From: Gemmatimonadales bacterium
Lineage (GTDB): Bacteria > Gemmatimonadota > Gemmatimonadetes > Gemmatimonadales > GWC2-71-9
Assembly: GCA_035518815.1 (NCBI GenBank)
Contig: DATIXG010000139.1
Span: 1,206-65,205, forward strand
DNA: 64,000 nucleotides
Reading direction: 5' to 3'
Below the pieces are notes generated by a model. It was given only the letters and a program-made list of their open reading frames with translations, searched no databases and had not been told where the DNA came from. Positions 19,479-28,311 of this stretch are shown here, one piece after another; position 1 is the stretch's first letter, and each line of letters begins with the position of its first letter. The position numbers and the translations under genes were made by a program.

Positions 19479-20081
19479 TTATCGCTTCAGTCTCCGCAAG
19501 ACGACGACCACCAGCACGACGATCGCGAGCAGGGCCACGGCCCCAAGGACGCGGTTCACCCGTCCCAGGTGCCGCAGCACGGTGTCGAGACTCGGCGCCA
19601 GACGCACGATCAGGACCGTGAGGCCCCCGTACCAGAGCGCTGACGCGAGGGCGACCGGCGGGAGCGCCCGGCCCGGCGACAGGCCCGCTATCCCTGCGAA
19701 CGGCGTCACCACGCCCCGCCATACCGGCAAGAGGCGCGAGAGGAAGATGCCATAGGCGCCGTGTCGGTGATACTCCCGCTCGAGATGCTCGAGCACCGCC
19801 TCCGGCAGCAGACGACGTCCGAAGCGCCCGCGAAACAGCGGCCGTCCGTAGCGGCGGGCCAGGCCGTACAGGGCGGCCGCTCCCCCGACATTGGCGGCCC
19901 ATCCGATCCCGAACACGGTCCAGGCATCGAGCTTCCCCCGCCCGGCGAGGAACGCGCCGAGCGCGATGACGGTGTCGGCGGGGACCGGCGGGAAGAAGTT
20001 CTCGACAGCGGCGAACAGGGCGATGAGCGCGTACAGCGAGCCGGCGGAGAGACCCTCGAGGGTCTGCAGGAATTCGTGCAA
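19479..20081 (-). CDS. DedA family membrane protein
   Basis: 200 aa. DedA signature ENFFPPVPADTVIALGAFLAGRG and RLLPVWRGVVTPFAGIAG. A TTG start lies 1 nt after the ispF stop, so the start is uncertain. Confidence 0.78.
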   Translation of the reverse strand: MHEFLQTLEGLSAGSLYALIALFAAVENFFPPVPADTVIALGAFLAGRGKLDAWTVFGIGWAANVGGAAALYGLARRYGRPLFRGRFGRRLLPEAVLEHLEREYHRHGAYGIFLSRLLPVWRGVVTPFAGIAGLSPGRALPPVALASALWYGGLTVLIVRLAPSLDTVLRHLGRVNRVLGAVALLAIVVLVVVVLRRLKR

Positions 20082-20082
20082 G

Positions 20083-20550
20083 CTACTCGAGCAGCGCGAC
20101 GGCGATCGCGGCGATCCCCTCGCCCCGCCCGATGAACCCCATCTTTTCGTTCGTCTTGCCCTTGATCGAGACCTGCGACGGCCGGGCGATGAGAGCGCCG
20201 GCCAACCTTTCGCGCATCTCCTCCACGTACAGCGCGATCGGCGGCTGCTCCGCGATCACCGTGATGTCGGCATTGACGAAGTTCAGGCGCTCCTCGATCA
20301 CCTGGATATAGGCCTGTTTCAGGAGGTAGATGGAGTCCGCGTTCTGCCACTGAGGATCGGTGTCGGGGTAGAGCCCGCCAATGTCGCCCAGCCCGGCGGC
20401 GCCGAGGATCGCATCGGTGAGGGCGTGCGCGACGGCGTCAGCGTCCGAATGCCCGGCGAGGCCGCGCGCGTGGGGAATGGTCACGCCTCCCAGCACCAGC
20501 TTGCGTCCGTCGACGAAGCGGTGCGAGTCGTACCCGATGCCGATCCGCAT
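20083..20550 (-). CDS. ispF: 2-C-methyl-D-erythritol 2,4-cyclodiphosphate synthase
   Basis: 155 aa. Starts MRIGIGYDSHRF, with motifs GHSDADAVAHAL and GDIGGLYPDTDP. Confidence 0.93.
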   Translation of the reverse strand: MRIGIGYDSHRFVDGRKLVLGGVTIPHARGLAGHSDADAVAHALTDAILGAAGLGDIGGLYPDTDPQWQNADSIYLLKQAYIQVIEERLNFVNADITVIAEQPPIALYVEEMRERLAGALIARPSQVSIKGKTNEKMGFIGRGEGIAAIAVALLE

Positions 20551-20946
20551 TTAGCCCTTCAGAATTCGAAGTGCCAGGTGGGCCGCGTTCTTCGCATTGT
20601 CGATGCCCACGGTGGCCACGGGAACGCCCGGCGGCACCTGCACCGTTGCGAGCAGCGCATCGAAGCCGTTCAGCGGGCCGACGGCGAACGGGACGCCGAT
20701 CACAGGGAGGTCGGTGTTCGCCGCGGCAAAGCCGGGCAAGGCGGCCGACAGCCCCGCTCCGGCGATGACGACCTTGAAGCCGTTCTTCCGCGCGTTCTTG
20801 ATCAGCGCCGCGGTTTCGTCCGCCTGGCGGTGCGCGGAGGACACCTTAAACTCATACGTCACGCCCGCCTTGGTCAGTATCTCGAAGGCAGGCTCGATCC
20901 GAGGCGTGTCGCTCTCGGAGCCCACGACGATGAGCACGTCAGCCAT
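20551..20946 (-). CDS. Short, divergent PurE-family (AIR carboxylase / N5-CAIR mutase fold) protein
   Basis: 131 aa. PurE motifs GSESD and SSAHRQ are present, and PVIGVP...LNGFDALL..VQVPPGVPVATVGI follows. The usual GAGGAAHLPG reads GAGLSAALPG, and the C-terminal helix of typical roughly 160-aa PurE is missing. The start overlaps the mqnC stop, and the stop abuts the ispF start. Confidence 0.7.
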   Translation of the reverse strand: MADVLIVVGSESDTPRIEPAFEILTKAGVTYEFKVSSAHRQADETAALIKNARKNGFKVVIAGAGLSAALPGFAAANTDLPVIGVPFAVGPLNGFDALLATVQVPPGVPVATVGIDNAKNAAHLALRILKG

Positions 20947-21989
20947 CAGGCGGCGTCCTCGAGAATGGTGTAATCCTGCCGGCGCTGCTTCGGGGTGTAG
21001 CCCGCGCCGGCAATGAGGCGGCGCATCTCCTCGAGCGTCATCCGGTACGTGGTCCCGGCGGCCGACACGACGTTCTCCTCCATCATAAGGGAGCCGAAAT
21101 CATTGGCACCGAACCGCAGCGCCACCTGTCCGATCTTCGGGCCCATCGTGACCCAGGAGGCCTGGATGTTCGGTATCTCCTCGAGCACGATGCGGGCGAG
21201 GGCCTGTGTCCGCAGGTAGGTCACCGCGTCGGTCTTCGGCATGTCGGCCATCGCGGTGTTTTCGGGCTGGAGCGGCCAGCAGATGAACGCGGTGAACCCG
21301 CCGGTGCGCCGCTGGACCTCGCGCACCCGGAACAGGTGCTCCAGGCGGTCCTCGGACGACTCGCCGAGGCCGTACATCATGGTCACTGAGGTCTTGAGGC
21401 CGAGGCCGTGCGCGATCTCCATGACCTCGAGCCAGCGGTCGGCGCCGGCCTTCTTCTTCGCCACGCGGTCCCGGACCTCCTGGACGAGGATTTCCCCGCC
21501 CCCGCCCGGGATGGAGTCGAGGCCCGCTTCCACGAGCTGCTTGATGACGTCCTCGATGCTCATGCCGAACCGGCCCGCGAAGAAATCGACTTCGGAGGGC
21601 GAGAATCCGTGGATGTGAATCGGGTGGTTGCGCTTGATGTAGCGCAGCAGGTCCAGGTACCACGCGAACGGGATGTAGGGGTTGTGTCCGCCCTGCATCA
21701 GGATCTGCACGCCGCCGAGTGCTTTCACCGCGTCGATCTTGCGCCCGATCTCCTCGAACGAGAGGACGTAGCCCTCCCGGTCCTTGGGGCGGCGATAGAA
21801 CGCGCAGAACTTGCAGTCGGCCACGCAGACATTCGTGTAGTTGATGTTGCGATCCACGATGTAGGTGACGACGGGCTCGGGGTGGAGCGACCAGCGCGCC
21901 TCATCGGCCGCGGCGCCGAGCTCGAGCAGGGGCGCGCGCTCGTACAGCTCGAGGTAGGACTTGAATTCGGGACTGCTCCGGTCGACCAT
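20946..21989 (-). CDS. mqnC: Radical SAM cyclic dehypoxanthinyl futalosine synthase (MqnC-type)
   Basis: 347 aa. Contains VVTYIVDRNINYTNVCVADCKFCAFYR (CX3CX2C), GGGGEIL and MMYGLGES. Assignment to MqnC rather than MqnE comes from remembered family signatures only. Confidence 0.75.
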   Translation of the reverse strand: MVDRSSPEFKSYLELYERAPLLELGAAADEARWSLHPEPVVTYIVDRNINYTNVCVADCKFCAFYRRPKDREGYVLSFEEIGRKIDAVKALGGVQILMQGGHNPYIPFAWYLDLLRYIKRNHPIHIHGFSPSEVDFFAGRFGMSIEDVIKQLVEAGLDSIPGGGGEILVQEVRDRVAKKKAGADRWLEVMEIAHGLGLKTSVTMMYGLGESSEDRLEHLFRVREVQRRTGGFTAFICWPLQPENTAMADMPKTDAVTYLRTQALARIVLEEIPNIQASWVTMGPKIGQVALRFGANDFGSLMMEENVVSAAGTTYRMTLEEMRRLIAGAGYTPKQRRQDYTILEDAA

Positions 21990-21991
21990 CG

Positions 21992-22813
21992 TCACGCGAC
22001 CTGGAGGAACTGCAGCGACCCGTCGGGCACCATGCCCTTCGCCGCGAGACGGCGCAGGAACTCGGTGAGCCCGGCGAGATGCGCCTCGCTGAAGGCGTAG
22101 TCGAGGCCTCCGAAGTAGCTGCGGCACTCCTGGGCCGGGACGCCCGTCGCGGCGGCGGCCGCGAGGGCGAGCGCATCCAGGTGGGCGAGGCCCCAGGTGC
22201 GCGCCTCGAGCAGAGCGGCGTGCACGGCGCGGACAGCGACCGCGGAGGCCTGGCGGCGCGCGGCCCACACCGCGAACACGAACGGCAACCCCGTCCACCG
22301 TTTCCAGGCGTCGCCGAGATCGATGTGATGCGGGTACAGCCCGCGGGCCGCAAGCAGCAGCGCCGGGTCGCCGATCACGAGCACCGCGTCGTGCGGCAGC
22401 GCGGCCAGCGCGTCCAGGTCGCTAGCCTCGGCGCGGGCCTGTACGAACTGTGGACGCACGTGCCACACATCGCGGCACAGCAGGTCGAGCAGCGCGATGG
22501 AGGTGCGCGAGGAGGCAGTCACGAGAATCGTCGCCTGGTCGAGCCCGCTCACCGGAACCCGGCTGAACAGCGCGACGCTCCGGACGGGGCCGTCGCACGA
22601 AATCGCGAGGCCGGGGAGGAGCACGAGATCCTTGGCGTGGCGGGCATACTCGATGGCGCTGATTACGCTGACGTCGAGCTGGCCCGCCACCAGGAGGTCG
22701 TTCAGCTCGGCGGGCGTCCCGGTGACGAGCTCGGCGGGCATGCGAACGGCCCCGCGGTCGATCGCGGCATAGACTGGATAGCAGTTGATGTAGCCGATCC
22801 GACCTACTCGCAT
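21992..22813 (-). CDS. mqnA: Chorismate dehydratase (futalosine pathway, MqnA; periplasmic-binding-protein-like fold)
   Basis: 273 aa. Starts MRVGRIGYINCYPVY, with LDVSVISAIEYA and PFVFAVWAAR. Sits between two mqn radical-SAM genes. Confidence 0.8.
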   Translation of the reverse strand: MRVGRIGYINCYPVYAAIDRGAVRMPAELVTGTPAELNDLLVAGQLDVSVISAIEYARHAKDLVLLPGLAISCDGPVRSVALFSRVPVSGLDQATILVTASSRTSIALLDLLCRDVWHVRPQFVQARAEASDLDALAALPHDAVLVIGDPALLLAARGLYPHHIDLGDAWKRWTGLPFVFAVWAARRQASAVAVRAVHAALLEARTWGLAHLDALALAAAAATGVPAQECRSYFGGLDYAFSEAHLAGLTEFLRRLAAKGMVPDGSLQFLQVA

Positions 22814-22828
22814 ACTCGCTCCCTAGAG

Positions 22829-22849
22829 CCCCGGGGCAACGCCCCGGGG
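22829..22849 (-). other. Intercistronic perfect hairpin between mqnE and mqnA
   Basis: CCCCGGGGC-aac-GCCCCGGGG (9-bp stem, 3-nt loop) inside the 43-nt mqnE-mqnA spacer. Confidence 0.6.
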
Positions 22850-22856
22850 TCAACAG

Positions 22857-24107
22857 CTACTCTGCGGTTCCGATGCCCTGCGCGACCGGCAGCTTGCGGC
22901 CCCGGGCGCTCGCCCGGGCCCGATGCTCGATCCGGAACGTCGGCCCCTCGGGCCCCTCGGGTCGCACGGCGGCCGGCTCGATGGCCTGGCCCGGCTGGTA
23001 GTCCTCGAAGGTTCGCACGGTCCGGTAGAGCGAATCGCGCTCCACCGGCTCCTTCCCTGCCCCGCGGATCAGGGACACGATCTCGTCGTACGACAGCCAC
23101 ATGGGCGTGGGCGCCCCGGCTTCATGGTAGACCCGCTCGAACACCACTGTGCCCTCGAGGTCGTCGCATCCGAACGTGAGCGCCACCTGCGACAGGTACG
23201 GCGTCACCATGGGCCAGTGTGTCTTCACGTGCGGGATGTTGTCGAGGAAGAGGCGCCCGATCGCGATGTTCTTCAGGTCATCCACGCCGGTGGTGGCCGT
23301 GCCGGTGCGGCCGAGTGCGGTGCCCAGCTCGTTATGGTCGGGGTGGTAGGCGAGCGGAATGTACGTCAGGAATCCGCCGGTCTCGTCCTGCAGGTCGCGG
23401 AGCGCGAGCAGGTGGCTCACCCGGTCCTCGAGCGTTTCGACGTGACCGTAGAGCATGGTGCAGTTGGACGGGATTCCCAGGCGATGCGCCTCCCGGTGCA
23501 CCGCGAGCCACTCATCGCCCGACAGCTTGCGGTCGGCGATGGTGGCGCGGGCGGCCGGCGAGAAGACTTCCGCCCCCCCGCCGGGCAGGCTGGTCACGCC
23601 CGCATCGCGCATGGCGACGAGCACGTCGCGCACGCTCATGTCTTCGATGCGCGCCAGGTGCGCGACCTCGACCGCCGTGAGCGCCTTGATGTGCACGCCC
23701 GGGTGACGGGCGGCGAGGCCGCGGAACATGTCGAGGTAGTACGACAGCTTGAGCTGAGGGTGCAGGCCGCCCACGATGTGGAATTCGCGGGTGGGATTCG
23801 CACGCGCCGCGTCGGCCTCGGCGAAGACCTCGTCCAGGCTCCGCGTGTAGGCGCCGTCTTCGCGCGGCATCCGCGCGAACGAGCAAAACACGCACGTGTT
23901 GCGCAGCACGCACACGTTGGTCGGATTGATGTGCTGATTGGCGGCGAAGGAGACGCGGTTGCCGTGCTTGGCGCGATTGGCCTGATCGGCGAGGCGCCCG
24001 ATGGTCAGGAGATCGGGCGACCGGAACAGGGTCAGGGCATCGTCGCCGGTGAGCCGCTCGTTGCGCGAGACCTTCCCGGCGATGAGATCGAGCGCGGGAT
24101 CCCTCAC
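22857..24107 (-). CDS. mqnE: Radical SAM aminofutalosine synthase (MqnE-type) with a variant Cys motif
   Basis: 416 aa from GTG 24107, which overlaps the fabF stop (GTGA). Contains NQHINPTNVCVLRNTCVFCSF, HIVGGLHP, LPGGGAEVF, CTMLYGHVE and LRDLQDETGGF. These match my recollection of the SCO4494-type family. Confidence 0.78.
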   Translation of the reverse strand: MRDPALDLIAGKVSRNERLTGDDALTLFRSPDLLTIGRLADQANRAKHGNRVSFAANQHINPTNVCVLRNTCVFCSFARMPREDGAYTRSLDEVFAEADAARANPTREFHIVGGLHPQLKLSYYLDMFRGLAARHPGVHIKALTAVEVAHLARIEDMSVRDVLVAMRDAGVTSLPGGGAEVFSPAARATIADRKLSGDEWLAVHREAHRLGIPSNCTMLYGHVETLEDRVSHLLALRDLQDETGGFLTYIPLAYHPDHNELGTALGRTGTATTGVDDLKNIAIGRLFLDNIPHVKTHWPMVTPYLSQVALTFGCDDLEGTVVFERVYHEAGAPTPMWLSYDEIVSLIRGAGKEPVERDSLYRTVRTFEDYQPGQAIEPAAVRPEGPEGPTFRIEHRARASARGRKLPVAQGIGTAE

Positions 24108-25348
24108 GCCGCCCGCTTCACCGCTACCGTCACGTTGTGTCCGCCGAACCCGAACGAGTTGGAGAGGGCGACGTCGACGGTGCGCTTGACCGCCCGATTG
24201 GGAGCGGAGTCGAGATCGCACGCGGGATCGGGGGTGAACTGGTTGATGGTCGGCGGGACCGTACCGGATTGGATCACGAGCGCGCAGATGGCGGCTTCCA
24301 GCGCGCCGGCGGCGCCGAGCAGGTGCCCCGTCATCGACTTCGTGGAGCCGAAGATCAGGCTGCGGGCGCGCTCGCCGAACACGGCCTTCACGGCGTTGGT
24401 CTCGGCCGCATCGCCGTGCGGGGTGGAGGTGCCGTGCGCATTGATGTAGGCGACGCGGTCGGGAGTCACTCCCGCATCCTGCATGGCCAGGCGCATCGCC
24501 TCCCGGGCGCCGGAGCCGTCGGGAGCGGGCGCGGTGATGTGGTAGGCATCCGCGGTCATGCCGAATCCCGCGAGCTCAGCGTGGATCTTCGCACCCCGGC
24601 GCTGCGCGTGCTCCCATTCCTCGAGCACCAGGACGGCCGCGCCGTCACCCATCACGAAGCCGTCCCGGTCCTTGTCGAAGGGACGGCTGGCCGTGGCGGG
24701 GTCGTCGTTGCGCTCGGACAGCGCTTTCATGTTCGCGAAGCTCGCGACCGCGAGCTCGGTGATCGCCGCCTCCGCGCCACCCGCGATCATCAGGTCGGAG
24801 GCGCCACTGCGGATCAGCTGGGCGGCGTCCGCGAGCGAGTGCGCCGAGGAGGCGCACGCCGACGCGGTGGCGTAGTTGGGGCCCTGGAGGTTGTAGCGCA
24901 TCGAGATCAGGGCGGCCGCCACGTTCGGCATGTACATGGGAATGAAGAACGGCGACACGCGCGACGGCCCGTGCTCCACCAGGGCCCGGCAGTTCTCCTC
25001 GAAGGTCATGACCCCGCCGGTGCCCGTCCCGATGATGACGCCGATGCGGCGCCGGTCCACGGCATCCCAGTTGTTGCTCAGGCACGCGTCGCCGATTGCC
25101 TCTTCGGCAGCACCGATGGCGAGTTGCGAGAACAGATCGTAGCGGCGGATTTCCTTCTTCTCGAGGAACCGCCCGGGATCGAACCCCTTCACCTCGCAGG
25201 CGAAGTGCACCGACGACTTCGCGGTATCGAACCGGGTGATGGGGCCCGCCCCCGACCGGCCGGCGAGGAGGGCCTCCCAGGTACTTCGGACGTCGTTCCC
25301 GACGGGCGTCACGAGCCCGAGGCCGGTGATCGCGACGCGCCGCGGCAT
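24104..25348 (-). CDS. fabF: 3-oxoacyl-ACP synthase II
   Basis: 414 aa starting at MPRRVAITGLGLVTPVG. Active-site contexts are ATASACASS, NAHGTSTP and GHLLGAAG. Confidence 0.93.
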   Translation of the reverse strand: MPRRVAITGLGLVTPVGNDVRSTWEALLAGRSGAGPITRFDTAKSSVHFACEVKGFDPGRFLEKKEIRRYDLFSQLAIGAAEEAIGDACLSNNWDAVDRRRIGVIIGTGTGGVMTFEENCRALVEHGPSRVSPFFIPMYMPNVAAALISMRYNLQGPNYATASACASSAHSLADAAQLIRSGASDLMIAGGAEAAITELAVASFANMKALSERNDDPATASRPFDKDRDGFVMGDGAAVLVLEEWEHAQRRGAKIHAELAGFGMTADAYHITAPAPDGSGAREAMRLAMQDAGVTPDRVAYINAHGTSTPHGDAAETNAVKAVFGERARSLIFGSTKSMTGHLLGAAGALEAAICALVIQSGTVPPTINQFTPDPACDLDSAPNRAVKRTVDVALSNSFGFGGHNVTVAVKRAA

Positions 25349-25353
25349 CTGCC

Positions 25354-25605
25354 CTACTTCCCCATCTTGTCGCGCAGGTACTGCATCGCCTGCCCGACCG
25401 TGCGCAGCTTCTCCGCTTCCTCGTCCGGGATGTCGATGTCGAATTCCTTCTCGAACGCCATGACGAGCTCGACGGTATCGAGGCTGTCGGCCCCGAGGTC
25501 CTCCATGAAGCTGGCATCCGCCGTGAGCTTTTCGCGCTCGACGCCGAGCTCTTCGACGATGATGTCCTTGACCTTCTCTTCCAGTTGCTTCATGTCCATT
25601 GCCAT
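25354..25605 (-). CDS. acpP: Acyl carrier protein
   Basis: 83 aa with the phosphopantetheine site [11 protein letters not shown]. The true start may be one of the internal Met codons (MDMKQ or MKQ). Confidence 0.93.
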   Translation of the reverse strand: MAMDMKQLEEKVKDIIVEELGVEREKLTADASFMEDLGADSLDTVELVMAFEKEFDIDIPDEEAEKLRTVGQAMQYLRDKMGK

Positions 25606-25637
25606 GAGTGCCCTCTAAGGGAGGTGTGAAAAGCCGC

Positions 25638-26381
25638 TCACAACACCATACCGCCGTCGACGACCAAGACCTGACCTGTAATGTAGCTTGCGAACTCGGA
25701 GGCGAGAAAGAGGACCGCGAACGCCACGTCCTGTCCACCGCCCAGGCGGCCCAGTGGAATTGCCGCGAGCAGCACTTTCCGCGCATCCGGGGTGATGTCG
25801 CGCGTCAGCTCGGTATCGACGAACCCCGGCGCGACCGCGTTCACCAGCACGTTGCGACGCGCCAGCTCCTTGGCCACCGTCTTCGTCAGGCCGATGACCC
25901 CGGCCTTGGACGCGCTGTAATTCGCCTGCCCCGCGTTCCCCGCGATCCCGACCACGCTCGTGATGTTGATGATCCGGCCAGCCCGCTTCTTGATCATGCC
26001 GCGCGCCGCATGTTTGATCATCAAGAAGGTGCCCTTCAGGTTCGTCTCGAGCACCTCATCCCAATCCTCGTCGCTGATGCGGACCACAAGCGCGTCGCGC
26101 GTGGTTCCTGCGTTGTTGACGAGAATGTCGATCGGTCCGAAATCATTCTCCACCGCATTGACCGTGGCTTCGACCTGGGCTGATTGGCCGACGTCGCAGG
26201 CGTAACCGCGCGCGGTGTCCGCGGGGCCGAGCGCCTGGGCGGTGGCCTGGGCCCGGGCACCGTTACGGCCGAGGATGGCCACGCGCGCACCGGCCTGGCG
26301 CAGCGCCGCCGCCACCGCCTGCCCGATGCCCCGGCTGCCGCCGGTCACCAGTGCCGTCTGGCCGCTCAGATCGATCTTCAC
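25638..26381 (-). CDS. fabG: 3-oxoacyl-ACP reductase
   Basis: 247 aa with a GTG start. SDR motifs VTGGSRGIG, NNAG and YSASKAG. Confidence 0.92.
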   Translation of the reverse strand: MKIDLSGQTALVTGGSRGIGQAVAAALRQAGARVAILGRNGARAQATAQALGPADTARGYACDVGQSAQVEATVNAVENDFGPIDILVNNAGTTRDALVVRISDEDWDEVLETNLKGTFLMIKHAARGMIKKRAGRIINITSVVGIAGNAGQANYSASKAGVIGLTKTVAKELARRNVLVNAVAPGFVDTELTRDITPDARKVLLAAIPLGRLGGGQDVAFAVLFLASEFASYITGQVLVVDGGMVL

Positions 26382-26383
26382 GC

Positions 26384-27331
26384 TCAGGCCGCCTCGAGGA
26401 AACGACTCACATCGTCAGCCGTGCCGAGCGAGACCACGCGCGGCTCGGAGACGATGCGCTTGAGCAGGCCCGCGAGCACGGCGCCGGGGCCGATCTCGAT
26501 GAAGCGCGCGTCCTTCCCGACGAGCCGCGCAGCGTGCTGGACGCACTCGACCCAGCGCACGGGCGCCGTCAGCTGATCGACGAGCAGGCGGCGTGCACGC
26601 GCCGCGGTCGTCACGGCCTCTGCCGTGGCATTGGCGATGACGGGGAACGCGGGGTCGGCGAGCGTGGCGTGGTCGACGGCGCTCCGCAGCCCGTTCGCCG
26701 CCGGCGCCATCAGTGGCGAGTGAAACGCGCCGCTGACCTTGAGCGGCAGGACGCGCTTCGCCCCCCGCGCGAGACACGCATCGCCTGCCTTCGACACGGC
26801 CTCGGGATCGCCCGAGATCACGGTCTGGTCCGGCGCGTTCAGGTTGGCGGGGACGGCCACCGCCCCGTTCGCGGATGCGGCCTGGCAGGCGGCCGCGACG
26901 TCCGGAGCGGCGAGGCCGAGGATCACGGCCATCGTGCCCGGGCGCGCCGCGCCAGCCTCCTGCATCAGCTCGCCGCGGCGCCGCACCAGCTTCGCGGCTT
27001 CATCGGCGGTCATCGTGCCGGCGGTCACATAGGCCGAGTACTCGCCGAGCGAGTGCCCCAGTGCGGCCGCCGGCGCGCCGGCGCGCTCGCCGAGCGCGGC
27101 GTGCACGGCGAGGGAATGCGCCAAGATCGCGGGCTGCGCGTTGTGCGTGGCGGTCAGCTCGGCTTCCGGCCCTTCGAACATCACCTTGGAGAGCGGGAAG
27201 CCCAGGGCGCCGTCGATCCGCTCGAACATGCGGGCGGCAGCCGGAAAGCGGGCGGCGAGATCCTTGCCCATCCCCACTTTTTGTGCGCCCTGGCCCGGAC
27301 AGAGCCAGACGGTGCCATGCGGTGCTACCAC
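26384..27331 (-). CDS. fabD: Malonyl-CoA:ACP transacylase
   Basis: The GTG 27331 start keeps the conserved CPGQGAQ. Active site is GHSLGEYSA. Overlaps the fabH end by 7 nt. The 608-aa ORF upstream runs through fabH in another frame. Confidence 0.9.
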   Translation of the reverse strand: MVAPHGTVWLCPGQGAQKVGMGKDLAARFPAAARMFERIDGALGFPLSKVMFEGPEAELTATHNAQPAILAHSLAVHAALGERAGAPAAALGHSLGEYSAYVTAGTMTADEAAKLVRRRGELMQEAGAARPGTMAVILGLAAPDVAAACQAASANGAVAVPANLNAPDQTVISGDPEAVSKAGDACLARGAKRVLPLKVSGAFHSPLMAPAANGLRSAVDHATLADPAFPVIANATAEAVTTAARARRLLVDQLTAPVRWVECVQHAARLVGKDARFIEIGPGAVLAGLLKRIVSEPRVVSLGTADDVSRFLEAA

Positions 27332-28311
27332 TGCACAACCATGCTCGCCCAGGTAAACCCCGCGCCGAAGGCGACCAGCAGCACCCGCATCCCCGGGGTG
27401 AGCCGGCCGGTGCGCACGGCTTCGTCCAGCGCGATCGCGACCGAGGCGGCCGAGGTGTTCCCGTACCGCTCCACGTTGACGAACACCTTGTCCATCGGAA
27501 TCCCGGCGTGTTTCGCGGTAGACTCGATGATGCGGATGTTCGCCTGATGGGGGATCAGGAGGTCGATGTCGCCGGCGGTGAGGCCGGCGCGCTTGAGGGC
27601 TGCCTCGCAGGCGTCGGCCATCGACAGGACCGCGGCTTTGAACACCTCGCGGCCCGCCATATGGAGGTAGTACGACCGCTCCTTGAGCATCTGCTCGTCG
27701 GGCGGGTGCGCGGCACCGCCCCCGGGGCGGTACAACAACTCGGCCAGCGCCCCGTCCGATTTCATATAGGTCGACAGGATCCCGCGGGCGTTCGTGGCCG
27801 GGCCAAGCACGGCGGCGCCCGCACCGTCGCCGAACAGCACGGCGGTGGTCCGATCGGTCCAGTCCGTGATGCTGGTCAGCTTCTCGGAGGCGACGACGAG
27901 GACCGTGCGTGCCTGGTCCGCCGCGATCAATCCTTCGGCGATGTTCAGGGCGTAGATGAAGCCGGTGCACGCGGCGCCGACGTCGAATGCAGCGGCATTC
28001 TTGGCGCCAATGAGAGCCTGCACGTCGCACGCTTGCGATGGCAGCAGGCGGTCCGGCGTCGACGTGGCCACGACGAGGGCGTCCACCGCCAGGGGATCGA
28101 TCCCGGCTTCGCACAACGCCCGCTCGGCGGCAGCCTGCGCCATGCAGGCGTTCGACTCCCCGGGGCCCGCCACGCGACGCTCGCGGATCCCGGTGCGCTC
28201 GCGGATCCACTCGTCCGAGGTATCGAGCCGCTGCGACAATTCGTCATTGGTGACGACGCGCGACGGCGCATAGCTGCCCGTTGCCACGAACTCGACGAAC
28301 GGCCGCTTCAC
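27325..28311 (-). CDS. fabH: 3-oxoacyl-ACP synthase III
   Basis: 328 aa from GTG 28311, which overlaps the plsX stop (GTGA). Motifs GAACTGFIYAL, PHQANIRI and YGNTSAAS. Confidence 0.92.
   Translation of the reverse strand: MKRPFVEFVATGSYAPSRVVTNDELSQRLDTSDEWIRERTGIRERRVAGPGESNACMAQAAAERALCEAGIDPLAVDALVVATSTPDRLLPSQACDVQALIGAKNAAAFDVGAACTGFIYALNIAEGLIAADQARTVLVVASEKLTSITDWTDRTTAVLFGDGAGAAVLGPATNARGILSTYMKSDGALAELLYRPGGGAAHPPDEQMLKERSYYLHMAGREVFKAAVLSMADACEAALKRAGLTAGDIDLLIPHQANIRIIESTAKHAGIPMDKVFVNVERYGNTSAASVAIALDEAVRTGRLTPGMRVLLVAFGAGFTWASMVVQW

Noticed and set aside
24137-25618. 493-aa plus-strand ORF opposite fabF and acpP
   Set aside because: This is an antisense artefact. fabF and acpP carry all their catalytic motifs on the other strand.
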